A stretch of DNA of 64,000 bases, taken from positions 1,823 through 65,822 of the forward strand of contig DZAZ01000001.1 of assembly GCA_022729755.1 (NCBI GenBank), in the 5' to 3' direction. The position numbers were made by a program, and so were the translations under genes. Of this stretch, positions 19,043 through 27,674 are shown in pieces. The notes beneath the pieces were generated by a model. It had not been told where the DNA came from and did not search any database. It saw only the letters and a program-made list of their open reading frames with translations. The DNA comes from Helicobacter cetorum (lineage in GTDB: Bacteria > Campylobacterota > Campylobacteria > Campylobacterales > BB28). How positions within the stretch are numbered: position 1 is the stretch's first letter; every line of letters starts with the position of its first letter.

Positions 19043-20249
19043 CTAAACCCTTTTTTATCTCTAATGCAATTAATTTTGCTAATTGTGGTGGAACTGCATT
19101 TCCAACTTGCCTATGTTGAGATGAGAGTGAGCCATAAAATATAAAATCATTTGGAAAAGATTGTAAAATTGCACACTCTCTAACTGAAAGCCGTCTTTGT
19201 TTATTTGGGTGAATTTCAGGTGTTGAAGCTGTTATTGTATCGCTTGGTCTATCCCAGTTTGAAATTCTCAAAGATTGCTCAAATTTTATCTCTTTTTCTT
19301 CAAATTCTGTTACAGCTTTATCGTATTTATCACAAAAACCTAAAAGCTTTTTTAACTCCCACCAATCGCTAGGTTTTGGAATACTACCAGATTTATTATC
19401 TTTTCTAAACCAATGTCCAGCAGTGTGTGCATATCCAAAATGCTCATCTACTTTTTTGGTTGAAATTCCTTTTTTATTTCTCCACTCTTTTAAATAGTCA
19501 CAAATTTCAGCTTGATCTACTTTATGTTTTCTACCAAAAAAGAAACTACTTACATTTGTATAAGCTATGTGATTATAAATTTTTTTACCATTTAACTCTA
19601 TTATTTGATTTGTTTTAGCTTCAACACTTTCAATATTATATAAATGAGAAATACTATCTTTGACCGTTATATGTGGTTTTAAGTCATTATTAAACAGTGA
19701 GCAACTCTCAAGTTGGTTATAGTGAGTTTGTTTTGGGAAAGTTATTTTTTTACCAATTCTATTTCCAATTAATATAACTCGCTCTCTAAGTTGTGGAACT
19801 CCATAATCAGCACTATTTAAAAGTTTTGCTTCTAGCTCATATCCTAGCGATTTAAAATCATTTTTAATCATTTCAAAAACTTTACCTTTTGCTAAAGATA
19901 AAAGTCCCTTTACATTTTCACCTACAAAATATTTTGGTTGTTTATCTTTTACAACTCTAAGTAACTCTTTATATAAAAAATTTCTCTCATCTTTTATACT
20001 TCTTTTTGTATTTGCTACAGAAAACCCTTGACAAGGAAAACCTCCAATTACGACATCAACTTTTGATGATGGTATATTTTTACTATCAATTTTTGTAATA
20101 TCACCACAAACTATATGCTCACCTATATTTTTTGAATAAGTTATCGTTGCATCTTTTTCAAAATCGTTAGCCCAAATAACTTCAAATCCAGCCTCTATAA
20201 AGCCTAAATCCATACCACCAGCACCTGAAAAAAGAGATATTAATTTCAT
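19029..20249 (-). CDS. DNA (cytosine-5)-methyltransferase
   Basis: Motif I FSGAGGMDLGF, motif IV GGFPCQGFS, ENVKGL, QRRLSVRECAILQSFP and GNAVPP, with a long variable region between motifs VIII and IX. Confidence 0.93.
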   Translation of the reverse strand: MKLISLFSGAGGMDLGFIEAGFEVIWANDFEKDATITYSKNIGEHIVCGDITKIDSKNIPSSKVDVVIGGFPCQGFSVANTKRSIKDERNFLYKELLRVVKDKQPKYFVGENVKGLLSLAKGKVFEMIKNDFKSLGYELEAKLLNSADYGVPQLRERVILIGNRIGKKITFPKQTHYNQLESCSLFNNDLKPHITVKDSISHLYNIESVEAKTNQIIELNGKKIYNHIAYTNVSSFFFGRKHKVDQAEICDYLKEWRNKKGISTKKVDEHFGYAHTAGHWFRKDNKSGSIPKPSDWWELKKLLGFCDKYDKAVTEFEEKEIKFEQSLRISNWDRPSDTITASTPEIHPNKQRRLSVRECAILQSFPNDFIFYGSLSSQHRQVGNAVPPQLAKLIALEIKKGLDDEF

Positions 20250-20301
20250 TTAGTTGAAACCTTTAAGTATAGACTGCTCTTAATTTTTTAATGTAAAAAA
20301 A

Positions 20302-20330
20302 ATTATATAATTTTAGTCTATCTTTGTCAA
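20302..20330 (-). promoter_or_regulatory. Consensus sigma70-type promoter for the R-M operon (TTGACA-17-TATAAT)
   Basis: The minus strand reads ttgaca aagatagactaaaatta tataat, with -35 at 20330-20325 and -10 at 20307-20302. It lies ~50 nt upstream of the methyltransferase ATG. Confidence 0.6.
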
Positions 20331-20359
20331 TTTTACTTCTTTAACTAACTTTAGTTAAT

Positions 20360-20388
20360 TTGACAAAAAAGTGTTAAATCACTATAAT
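20360..20388 (+). promoter_or_regulatory. Consensus sigma70-type promoter for ilvB (TTGACA-17-TATAAT)
   Basis: ttgaca at 20360-20365, a 17-nt spacer, then tataat at 20383-20388. AAGGAG Shine-Dalgarno at 20414-20419 and ATG at 20427. Confidence 0.65.
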
Positions 20389-20426
20389 TTCTAAACTTTA
20401 AAACTCTAACTTAAGGAGATTTTATT

Positions 20427-22124
20427 ATGCAAATAAGTGGTGCAAGGATGGTAATTGAAGCCTTGCATAAAGAAAATGTAAGGTATGTTTTTGGCTATCC
20501 AGGTGGGGCTATTATGAATGTGTATGATGAAATTTATAAGCAAAATTATTTTAAACATATATTAACTAGACACGAACAAGCGGCAGTTCATTCAGCTGAT
20601 GGATATGCAAGAGCTAACGGTGAAGTTGGGGTTGCTATTGTTACGAGTGGACCTGGATTTACAAATGCAGTTACGGGAATTGCAACAGCGTATATGGACT
20701 CAATTCCAATGGTTATAATCAGTGGACAAGTCCCAACAACCCTCATTGGAACAGATGCTTTTCAAGAGATTGATGCAGTTGGAATTAGTAGACCTTGCAC
20801 AAAGCATAATTATTTAGTAAAAAATCTTGCTGATTTACCTAGAATTTTAAAAGAAGCTTTTTATATTGCAAAAACGGGAAGACCAGGACCTGTTTTAGTT
20901 GATATTCCAAAAGATATTACAGCTGAAATAGGTGAATTTAAATATCCTAATGAAATAAGTTTGCAAACTTATAAACCAACAATTAAGGGTAATCCTAAGC
21001 AAATTAAAAAAGTTGTTGGTGTGATTGCTGAAGCAAAAAGACCTATTTTATATATAGGTGGTGGAGTAATTTCAAGCAATAGTGTAGATTTAATTAGAGA
21101 ATTTATAAAAATAACTGAAATTCCAGCAGTTGAAACTTTAATGGCTAGAGGAGTGCTTGAACACGATAATCCTCATTTACTCGGAATGGTTGGAATGCAC
21201 GGAAGTTATGCAGCAAATATGGGAATGCACGAAACTGATTTAATAATCGCTTTTGGACCTAGATTTGATGATAGAGTAACAGGAAAATTAAGCGAATTTG
21301 CAAAAAATGCAAAAATAATTCATGTAGATATTGACCCAACAAGCATTGGTAAACTTGTACATATAGATTATCCTATAGTTGGGGATTTACGAGAAGTTTT
21401 AAGTGAAATGTTACCTCTTATTAAAGAAAAAGTTGATAAAGAAAAATATGCTGGTTGGAGAAAGATAATTGAGCGATACAATCAAATTCATCCTATGGAT
21501 TTTGATGAAGGATTTAGTAAAATTTTAAAACCTCAATGGGTTATTAGACAAACGGGTAAAATTTTAAGAGATAAAGCAATTATTTCAACTGATGTTGGAC
21601 AACACCAAATGTGGACGGCTCAATTTTATCCATTTGATTTTCCTAGACAATTTTTAACGAGTGGTGGGCTTGGAACTATGGGTTATGGCTTTCCAGCAGC
21701 AATTGGAGCTAAAAGAGCATTTCCTGAAAAGATAGTTATTAATTTCACTGGTGATGGCTCAATTTTAATGAATATTCAAGAGTTAATGACAGCCGTTGAG
21801 CAAAATTTACCTGTAATTAATATTATTTTAAATAATAATTATTTGGGAATGGTAAGACAGTGGCAAACTCTATTTTATGAAAATAGAATTTCTGAAACTG
21901 ATATTTCAGCTCAACCAAATTTTCAAATGTTAGCTGAGAGTTTTGGGGGAGTTGGATATAAAGTTAATACAAAAGAAGAGTTTGAAAAAGCCCTAAATGA
22001 TGCAATTAAATCAAATAAAGTAGCATTAATTGAAGTTATAGTTGATAGAAATGAGAATGTTTTACCAATGGTTCCTGCTGGTGGTGCATTGTATGATATG
22101 ATACTTGAGCTAAAGGATGAGTGA
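20427..22124 (+). CDS. ilvB: Acetolactate synthase large subunit
   Basis: 565-aa TPP enzyme with GYPGGAIMNVYDE and GGLGTMGYGFPAAIGAK...GDGSILMNIQEL. Confidence 0.93.
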   Translation: MQISGARMVIEALHKENVRYVFGYPGGAIMNVYDEIYKQNYFKHILTRHEQAAVHSADGYARANGEVGVAIVTSGPGFTNAVTGIATAYMDSIPMVIISGQVPTTLIGTDAFQEIDAVGISRPCTKHNYLVKNLADLPRILKEAFYIAKTGRPGPVLVDIPKDITAEIGEFKYPNEISLQTYKPTIKGNPKQIKKVVGVIAEAKRPILYIGGGVISSNSVDLIREFIKITEIPAVETLMARGVLEHDNPHLLGMVGMHGSYAANMGMHETDLIIAFGPRFDDRVTGKLSEFAKNAKIIHVDIDPTSIGKLVHIDYPIVGDLREVLSEMLPLIKEKVDKEKYAGWRKIIERYNQIHPMDFDEGFSKILKPQWVIRQTGKILRDKAIISTDVGQHQMWTAQFYPFDFPRQFLTSGGLGTMGYGFPAAIGAKRAFPEKIVINFTGDGSILMNIQELMTAVEQNLPVINIILNNNYLGMVRQWQTLFYENRISETDISAQPNFQMLAESFGGVGYKVNTKEEFEKALNDAIKSNKVALIEVIVDRNENVLPMVPAGGALYDMILELKDE

Positions 22125-22600
22125 TGAAAAGTAGAAGAGTAATATCGGTTATCGTATTAAATGAACATAGTGTATTAGCTAGGATTTCTGGGCTTTTTGC
22201 TGGAAGAGGTTATAATATAGAAAGTCTTACAGTCGCTCCTATTCCAGAAAGTGAGCTTTCTCGCCTTACAATTGTAACTTTTGGAAATGAGAAAATACTG
22301 GAGCAAATTTCAAAACAATTGCATAAATTAATCCCTGTTTTAAAAGTTATTGAACACAAAGATATTATCGAAAAAGAGATGGTTTTAGTTAGATTTCCAA
22401 TAGAAGATAATAGTTGCATTAGCGATATAGATTCACTTTGTCAAGTTTATAATGGTAAAATTTTGAATGTTCCTCAAAATTACATAATTGCAATGGTAGC
22501 AGACTCACCAGAGAGAGTTGAAAATTTTATAAAAACAGTTAAAAGATATAATCCAAAAGATATTGTGAGAAGTGGAGTTGTTTCGGTGGAGACAATTTAA
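22121..22600 (+). CDS. ilvN: Acetolactate synthase small (regulatory) subunit
   Basis: 159 aa with an ACT domain (VLNEHSVLARISGLFAGRGYNIESLTV). It overlaps the ilvB stop. Confidence 0.9.
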   Translation: MMKSRRVISVIVLNEHSVLARISGLFAGRGYNIESLTVAPIPESELSRLTIVTFGNEKILEQISKQLHKLIPVLKVIEHKDIIEKEMVLVRFPIEDNSCISDIDSLCQVYNGKILNVPQNYIIAMVADSPERVENFIKTVKRYNPKDIVRSGVVSVETI

Positions 22601-23563
22601 ATGAAACTCTCTTACATTACTCAATTTTTAAATTTAAATTTTGATTTAAAAGATGATAAATATAATATTGAAATAAAGGCTTTAAATACTTTAGCTGAAG
22701 CTAAAACTAATGAGCTTACTTTTTTTAATAATAAAAAATATGAAAATGAGTTAAAAACTACGAAAGCAAGTGCAATTTTAATAGAAGAAAAATATTTAAA
22801 TTTAGTTTCAAAAAATACAATTTCATTAATTTCAAAAGAGCCTTATGTAGATTTAGCAAAACTTTCAAAACTATTTGCAAAGCCATTAATACAAAAGAGT
22901 GGAAATGAGCCTAAAATAGGCGAAAATATTACAATTATGCCAAATGTTTATCTTGGTAAAAATGTAATTATTGGCAAAAATGTGACTATTATGGCTAACT
23001 CTTTTATTGGAGATTTTGTAGAGATTGGCGGAAATAGTATAATTTATCCAAATGTTAGCATTTATAGAGATTGCAAAATTGGGGAAAATTGCATAATTCA
23101 TTCAGGAGCCGTTATCGGAAGTGATGGCTTTGGATTTGCACATACTAAAGAAGGCAAACATATAAAAATCTATCAAAATGGGAATGTAATTATTGAAAAT
23201 GATGTAGAAATTGGAGCAAATACTACAATTGATAGGGCAGTTTTTGGCTCAACGATAATTAAATCAGGAACTAAAATTGATAATTTAGTTCAAATCGGGC
23301 ATAATTGTTTGATTGGAGAAAATTCAATAATTGTCTCTCAAGTTGGAATTTCAGGTTCAAGTGAACTTGGTAAAAATGTTATAATGGGTGGACAAAGTGC
23401 AACAGCAGGTCATCTTAAAATTGGTGATTTTGCCACAATTGCAGCAAGAGGTGGAGTTACAAAATCTATCAAAGGCAATAAAGTTTATGCTGGTTTTCCA
23501 CTGATGGAACACAAAGAGTGGTTAAAACTTCAAGCAAAAATTTCAAAATTAAATAAGGAGTAA
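22601..23563 (+). CDS. lpxD: UDP-3-O-acylglucosamine N-acyltransferase
   Basis: 320 aa with left-handed beta-helix hexapeptide repeats and GSDGFGFA. Confidence 0.9.
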   Translation: MKLSYITQFLNLNFDLKDDKYNIEIKALNTLAEAKTNELTFFNNKKYENELKTTKASAILIEEKYLNLVSKNTISLISKEPYVDLAKLSKLFAKPLIQKSGNEPKIGENITIMPNVYLGKNVIIGKNVTIMANSFIGDFVEIGGNSIIYPNVSIYRDCKIGENCIIHSGAVIGSDGFGFAHTKEGKHIKIYQNGNVIIENDVEIGANTTIDRAVFGSTIIKSGTKIDNLVQIGHNCLIGENSIIVSQVGISGSSELGKNVIMGGQSATAGHLKIGDFATIAARGGVTKSIKGNKVYAGFPLMEHKEWLKLQAKISKLNKE

Positions 23564-23566
23564 AAA

Positions 23567-23800
23567 ATGTCTAAAAATGAACTTTTAAAAACAATCCCTT
23601 TAAGTGGTACAGAAAATGGTGTAATTTTAATTTCAAATATGGTTGAACCTTATGGCGATGCATCGCATTCAGTTGTAAGCATTGGCATTTCACTAAAAGG
23701 CGATGTGAATAATCCTGATTGGAAGGCACATATTCCATATTCAAATGTAGATGAAGTAATAAAAGCTATGCAAGAGGCAAAAGATAAGTTTGGAAAATAA
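23567..23800 (+). CDS. Small hypothetical protein (77 aa)
   Basis: ORF 3 nt after lpxD. I recognise no family. Confidence 0.45.
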   Translation: MSKNELLKTIPLSGTENGVILISNMVEPYGDASHSVVSIGISLKGDVNNPDWKAHIPYSNVDEVIKAMQEAKDKFGK

Positions 23801-23815
23801 TTTCCAAACTTTTTA
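23788..23815 (+). terminator. Rho-independent terminator
   Basis: A 9-bp stem gtttggaaa/tttccaaac with loop ataa, followed by ttttt. It overlaps the stop codon of the 77-aa ORF. Confidence 0.6.
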
Positions 23816-23921
23816 ATCTTCTTATGCCTATTTTAGTTACAATTTAGTAAAAAACTTCTCTTAAACTTCTATCTACTTTTATGCTATACTACAATAAATA
23901 TCAAATAAAGAGGGCAAAAAT

Positions 23922-25733
23922 ATGCAAACTCTACTAATTTCTTTAATTTTACTTCCATTTGTTTTTGGTTTTTTAACTATTTTTAGTGCTAGGTTTTACA
24001 AACCTTTGGCTTGGATTTTTGTTTTATCGCTCATATCTCTTAGTAGCTTAGCTTTTATTGATGCTGGGACTTATAGTGTTAGTTTACCTCATCAGATACA
24101 TCTACTTTTTCAAGTGGTTGATGTAATTTTGATTTTATACTTTTTATATCAAGGTATTAAGTTTAAAAGTACTTTAGTTAGACTTTTTGCATTAACCCAA
24201 CTCATCTTATTTAGTTGTCTTTTATATGTTTTACCATCGGCAAATGAGTTTGATATTGTGGTTGATAATCTTTCGCTTTTTATGTTTATGCTTATAAATA
24301 TAGTTGGTGGAATGATTGTAATTTATGCTTTAGGTTACCTTGATTATGAAGATTTTAGTGAGCAAAAAAAGAGAAATTTTATCGCGATTTTAATTGCATT
24401 TTTGGGAGTTATGAATTTTATAGTTGTGGCTAATAATTTAGAGTGGTTCTTTTTAGCTTTTGAAATTACTACACTAGCATCATATTTGCTAATTAGATAT
24501 AGATTTGATGCTATTTCGATTGAAAATTCACTTAGGGCTTTGTGGATGAACCAAGTTGGAGGAGTTGCACTTTTAATTGGAATGTTAATTTTAATTTCAA
24601 AAGAAGTTCCAATCTATTTTAATACAATTTTAGAGTATAAAGAAATTTCATTTTTAGCTTTTGCAATAATTGCAGTTGCAGGACTTGTAAAAGGAGCTCA
24701 ACTTCCTTTTGATAAATGGCTTTTAGGTGCAATGGTTGCTCCAACTCCTGTTAGTGCGATACTTCACTCTTCAACAATGGTTAAAATTGCACCATTTTTA
24801 ATCTTAAAACTCTCACCATTATTGATTGGAACTTTGACGGGGAATATTATCGCTATTTTTGGAGGTTATATTTTGGTTAGTGCTTCACTTTCAGCATTAA
24901 ACGAAGAGAATTTCAAAAAGATTTTAGCGTATTCAACTATCGCACTTTTGGGCTTAATGATAGCACTTGGAGGTATAGGAACAAATTTAGCAATTGCAGC
25001 AAGTTTACTTTTAATTTGGTTTCACGGTATTTCAAAAGCGATGCTATTTTTACAAGCTGGAAATTTAGAAAAACTTTATCACAAAAAAGAGATTGAAAGC
25101 TTAAATGGACTTTTAAATACCGCACCAATTACAACTTTATTTATTATAGTAGGATTTGCAAGTTTAACTCTTCCACCTTTTGGAGGATTTTTGGCTAAAT
25201 GGTTGGCACTTGAGGGAGTTAGTCAAATTTTATTATTAATTGCGATGAGTTTGGGTGGAGTTTTATTAGTTGTTTTATATTTTAAAGTTAGTGCAAGAGT
25301 TTTAATCAAAGAAAATGAGGGCTTTATTAGAGAAAAAATTCCATTTAATATGCTTTTTCCAAATGTAGTTTTATCTCTTATATTAGTAGTTTCAGCGATT
25401 TTTTTAGCCCCGATTTTATCAGATATCATTTCTCCAATTGCAATGCAAATTTCAAACACTCAAAGCTTAATCACTTCTAAAAATTTAAGTTTTTCGATAG
25501 GTTTTAGTGAAATTCCTTTTTGGCTAATTTTAACTAGCTTAATTTTAATGATTTTAATTCCACTTTTAAGCTTACTTCATTTTAAAAATATCGATAGAAC
25601 AAAAGTTTATAATTGTGGCGAGAGAGTTGAGATTAATTTAGCATCATATTATTTTGCAATGCCATTAAAATGGTTTGCTTTAATAGGTGGAATTTTTTAT
25701 ATTATAGTGATAGTTTCAGGAGTTGTAAAATGA
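23922..25733 (+). CDS. echA: Group 4 [NiFe] hydrogenase membrane subunit, NuoL/antiporter-like (EchA-type)
   Basis: 603-aa polytopic protein that opens the six-gene ech-type order. An extended -10 (TGcTATACT) lies at 23882-23890. Confidence 0.75.
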   Translation: MQTLLISLILLPFVFGFLTIFSARFYKPLAWIFVLSLISLSSLAFIDAGTYSVSLPHQIHLLFQVVDVILILYFLYQGIKFKSTLVRLFALTQLILFSCLLYVLPSANEFDIVVDNLSLFMFMLINIVGGMIVIYALGYLDYEDFSEQKKRNFIAILIAFLGVMNFIVVANNLEWFFLAFEITTLASYLLIRYRFDAISIENSLRALWMNQVGGVALLIGMLILISKEVPIYFNTILEYKEISFLAFAIIAVAGLVKGAQLPFDKWLLGAMVAPTPVSAILHSSTMVKIAPFLILKLSPLLIGTLTGNIIAIFGGYILVSASLSALNEENFKKILAYSTIALLGLMIALGGIGTNLAIAASLLLIWFHGISKAMLFLQAGNLEKLYHKKEIESLNGLLNTAPITTLFIIVGFASLTLPPFGGFLAKWLALEGVSQILLLIAMSLGGVLLVVLYFKVSARVLIKENEGFIREKIPFNMLFPNVVLSLILVVSAIFLAPILSDIISPIAMQISNTQSLITSKNLSFSIGFSEIPFWLILTSLILMILIPLLSLLHFKNIDRTKVYNCGERVEINLASYYFAMPLKWFALIGGIFYIIVIVSGVVK

Positions 25734-26548
25734 TTAGTTTTTTAGCCATACTTTTTGCCCCAATTATCGGTGGTTTTGTTTATGGATTTGAGAGAGTTTT
25801 GAAAGCTAGAATGCAAAATCGTCAAGGTCCAAGTGTTATTCAGCCATTTTATGACTTTTTTAAATTGCTTGATAAAAGAGCGATGATAATTCACTCACTT
25901 CATGCAAGTTTAGCAATCTTACATTTTTTTGCGATGTGGGTAACTTTAGCACTTTTTATTTTAGGAGTTGATTTATTAATGGTGATATTTTTTCACCTAA
26001 TCGCAAGTTTCATTTTAGTCATCGCAGGATTTTCAGTTCGCTCAACTTATAGCCAAATAGGTGGAGTTAGAGAACTTTTAAGTATTTTAAGTTATGAGCC
26101 AATTTTAATTCTTAGTGCAATCGCTTTTTATATGATAACAGGCTCATTTGAAGTAGCTAAAATCATAAATAGTGACTTTTCATTTTTTATTGTTTTACCT
26201 CTTTTTATCGCGGTTTTAATCACTCTTCCAATCAAACTCAAAAAATCCCCTTTTGATGTAGCTGAAGCCCACCAAGAGATAATAGGCGGAGTTGAAATAG
26301 AGTATAGTGGAATTTTTTATGAAGCACTATATACTGCCAAATGGCTTGAGTATATTTTTGCTTATGCTTTCATCTTTTTATTTGCAGGAAGCAACTATAT
26401 TTTAGGTGCAATTTTGGTAGTTTTTTCATTTTTATTAATCAATTTAATTGATAATTCAACTCCAAGAGTTAGTTATTCACAAATGCTAAAAATCGTATTT
26501 TGGATAAGCTTGCCTTTAGCATTTATAAATTTATTGATGGTTAGTTAA
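25730..26548 (+). CDS. echB: Hydrogenase membrane subunit, NuoH-like (EchB-type)
   Basis: The ATG at 25730 overlaps the echA stop. The ORF track's 25670 start is an in-frame upstream extension. RMQNRQGPSVIQPFYDFFKL is NuoH/HycD-like. Confidence 0.75.
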   Translation: MISFLAILFAPIIGGFVYGFERVLKARMQNRQGPSVIQPFYDFFKLLDKRAMIIHSLHASLAILHFFAMWVTLALFILGVDLLMVIFFHLIASFILVIAGFSVRSTYSQIGGVRELLSILSYEPILILSAIAFYMITGSFEVAKIINSDFSFFIVLPLFIAVLITLPIKLKKSPFDVAEAHQEIIGGVEIEYSGIFYEALYTAKWLEYIFAYAFIFLFAGSNYILGAILVVFSFLLINLIDNSTPRVSYSQMLKIVFWISLPLAFINLLMVS

Positions 26549-26558
26549 GGAGTTAATT

Positions 26559-27074
26559 ATGTTTGAAAAATATAGAAAAAAATCGCCGTGGATACTTCAT
26601 TATAATGCTGGAAGTTGCAATGGGTGTGATATAGAAATACTAGCTTGTTTAGCTCCAAAATTTGATGTTGAGAGATTTGGAATGTTAAATCGAGGTAATC
26701 CAAAACAAGCTGATATTTTGCTTGTAACTGGTCCAGTAACTCACCGAAGTCGTGAGCGACTTGTGGAGCTTTATACTCAAATGCCTGAACCAAAAGTTGT
26801 AGTTGCAGTTGGAAGTTGCACTTGTAGTGGTGGGGTTTTTAGAACTATGTATAATGTAGAAAATGGAGTAGATAGATATATACCAGTTGATGTTTATGTG
26901 GGTGGATGTGCTGCTAGACCAGAACAAATTATTGATGGAGTTGTAGAAGCTTTGGGTATTTTAGAAAATAAAAATAAAGAAATAGAAAAGCCAATAAAAT
27001 TATTTGGAAAATTGTTTGAAAACATATTTGGACAAACAGATAGAACAGAAATAAGTAAGAGAGTAGGGGAATAG
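26559..27074 (+). CDS. echC: Hydrogenase small subunit, NuoB-like (EchC-type)
   Basis: 171 aa with Cys ligands CNGCDIE, GSCTCSGG and GGCAARPE. Confidence 0.85.
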   Translation: MFEKYRKKSPWILHYNAGSCNGCDIEILACLAPKFDVERFGMLNRGNPKQADILLVTGPVTHRSRERLVELYTQMPEPKVVVAVGSCTCSGGVFRTMYNVENGVDRYIPVDVYVGGCAARPEQIIDGVVEALGILENKNKEIEKPIKLFGKLFENIFGQTDRTEISKRVGE

Positions 27075-27084
27075 TAATTATTCA

Positions 27085-27275
27085 GTGGGGTCGTTAGCCC
27101 CACATTGTTAATATATTGGATATAAAAATCCAATAATTAACAGAATAATTACTACTTGGATTAGCATTGAATTAACCTTTCACACGGATTTCCCACCCAC
27201 CCCAACCAAAAAAAAAGGCAAGATAGAAAATTCTATCCTGCCTCTCACCGTACTATTTGGGGTAACGACTCCCAA
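27085..27275. repeat. GC-rich structured intergenic insert bounded by imperfect inverted repeats
   Basis: The left arm gtggggtcgttagccccac (27085-27103) matches the reverse complement of ttggggtaacgactcccaa (27257-27275). Internally there is a 14-15-bp AT hairpin (27107-27141), a C-rich tract (27192-27207) and a hairpin at 27217-27242. Confidence 0.5.
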
Positions 27276-27300
27276 AAGGTTAATTTATACTAATTCAATA
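27208..27300 (-). ncRNA. Candidate ~90-nt antisense small RNA (hypothetical)
   Basis: On the minus strand there is an extended -10 (TGaTACAAT, 27315-27307). A hairpin ttggg/cccaa follows. Then comes a 10-bp stem ggcaggatag/ctatcttgcc (one G-U pair) followed by a run of 9 T (27216-27208). Confidence 0.3.
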
Positions 27301-27335
27301 GCTATTATTGTATCAAATTTCAAAAAAGGAATCAA

Positions 27336-27674
27336 ATGACAAAAATAAAAACAACACTAGGAACTTTAAAAGATGATATAAAAAAATTTTCAGATTATAA
27401 TGTTTGGAGATTTGTAACTATTAATGGGCTTGATTTAGGCGAAAAGCTTGAGATTCAATGGGTATTTGCAAGATATGATATGGATAGAATTTTAATGCTT
27501 TATACTGAAATTGAATATGAAACTCCTATTCCATCTGTAAAAGATATTATTCCATCGTCTTGGATTGCTGAAGCTGAAATGAAAGATTTACTTGGTGCAA
27601 ATTTTGAGTTTGCTAAAAAAGGTGCATTTTTAGAGCCTGATGCAAAAGAAAATCCACTAAGGAAAGCAAAATGA
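27336..27674 (+). CDS. echD: Hydrogenase subunit, NuoC-like (EchD-type)
   Basis: 112 aa, placed between the small and large subunits. It overlaps the next gene (ATGA). Confidence 0.65.
   Translation: MTKIKTTLGTLKDDIKKFSDYNVWRFVTINGLDLGEKLEIQWVFARYDMDRILMLYTEIEYETPIPSVKDIIPSSWIAEAEMKDLLGANFEFAKKGAFLEPDAKENPLRKAK

Noticed and set aside
25670-25729. The ORF track gives 5' extensions for several genes: echB 25670, modE 30863, aclB 46115, rhodanese 49073, the response regulator 56847, hisF 59288 and the rluA-family gene 2755.
   Set aside because: Internal starts fit better. They have Shine-Dalgarno sequences, overlap the upstream stop, match family N-termini, or (for modE) the extension would lie inside the predicted promoter.
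27192-27207. The C-rich tract cccacccaccccaacc, G-rich on the minus strand, could form a G-quadruplex.
   Set aside because: There are only three runs of three or more G plus one GG. It does not meet the four-run G4 rule, so I note it only as part of the structured spacer.
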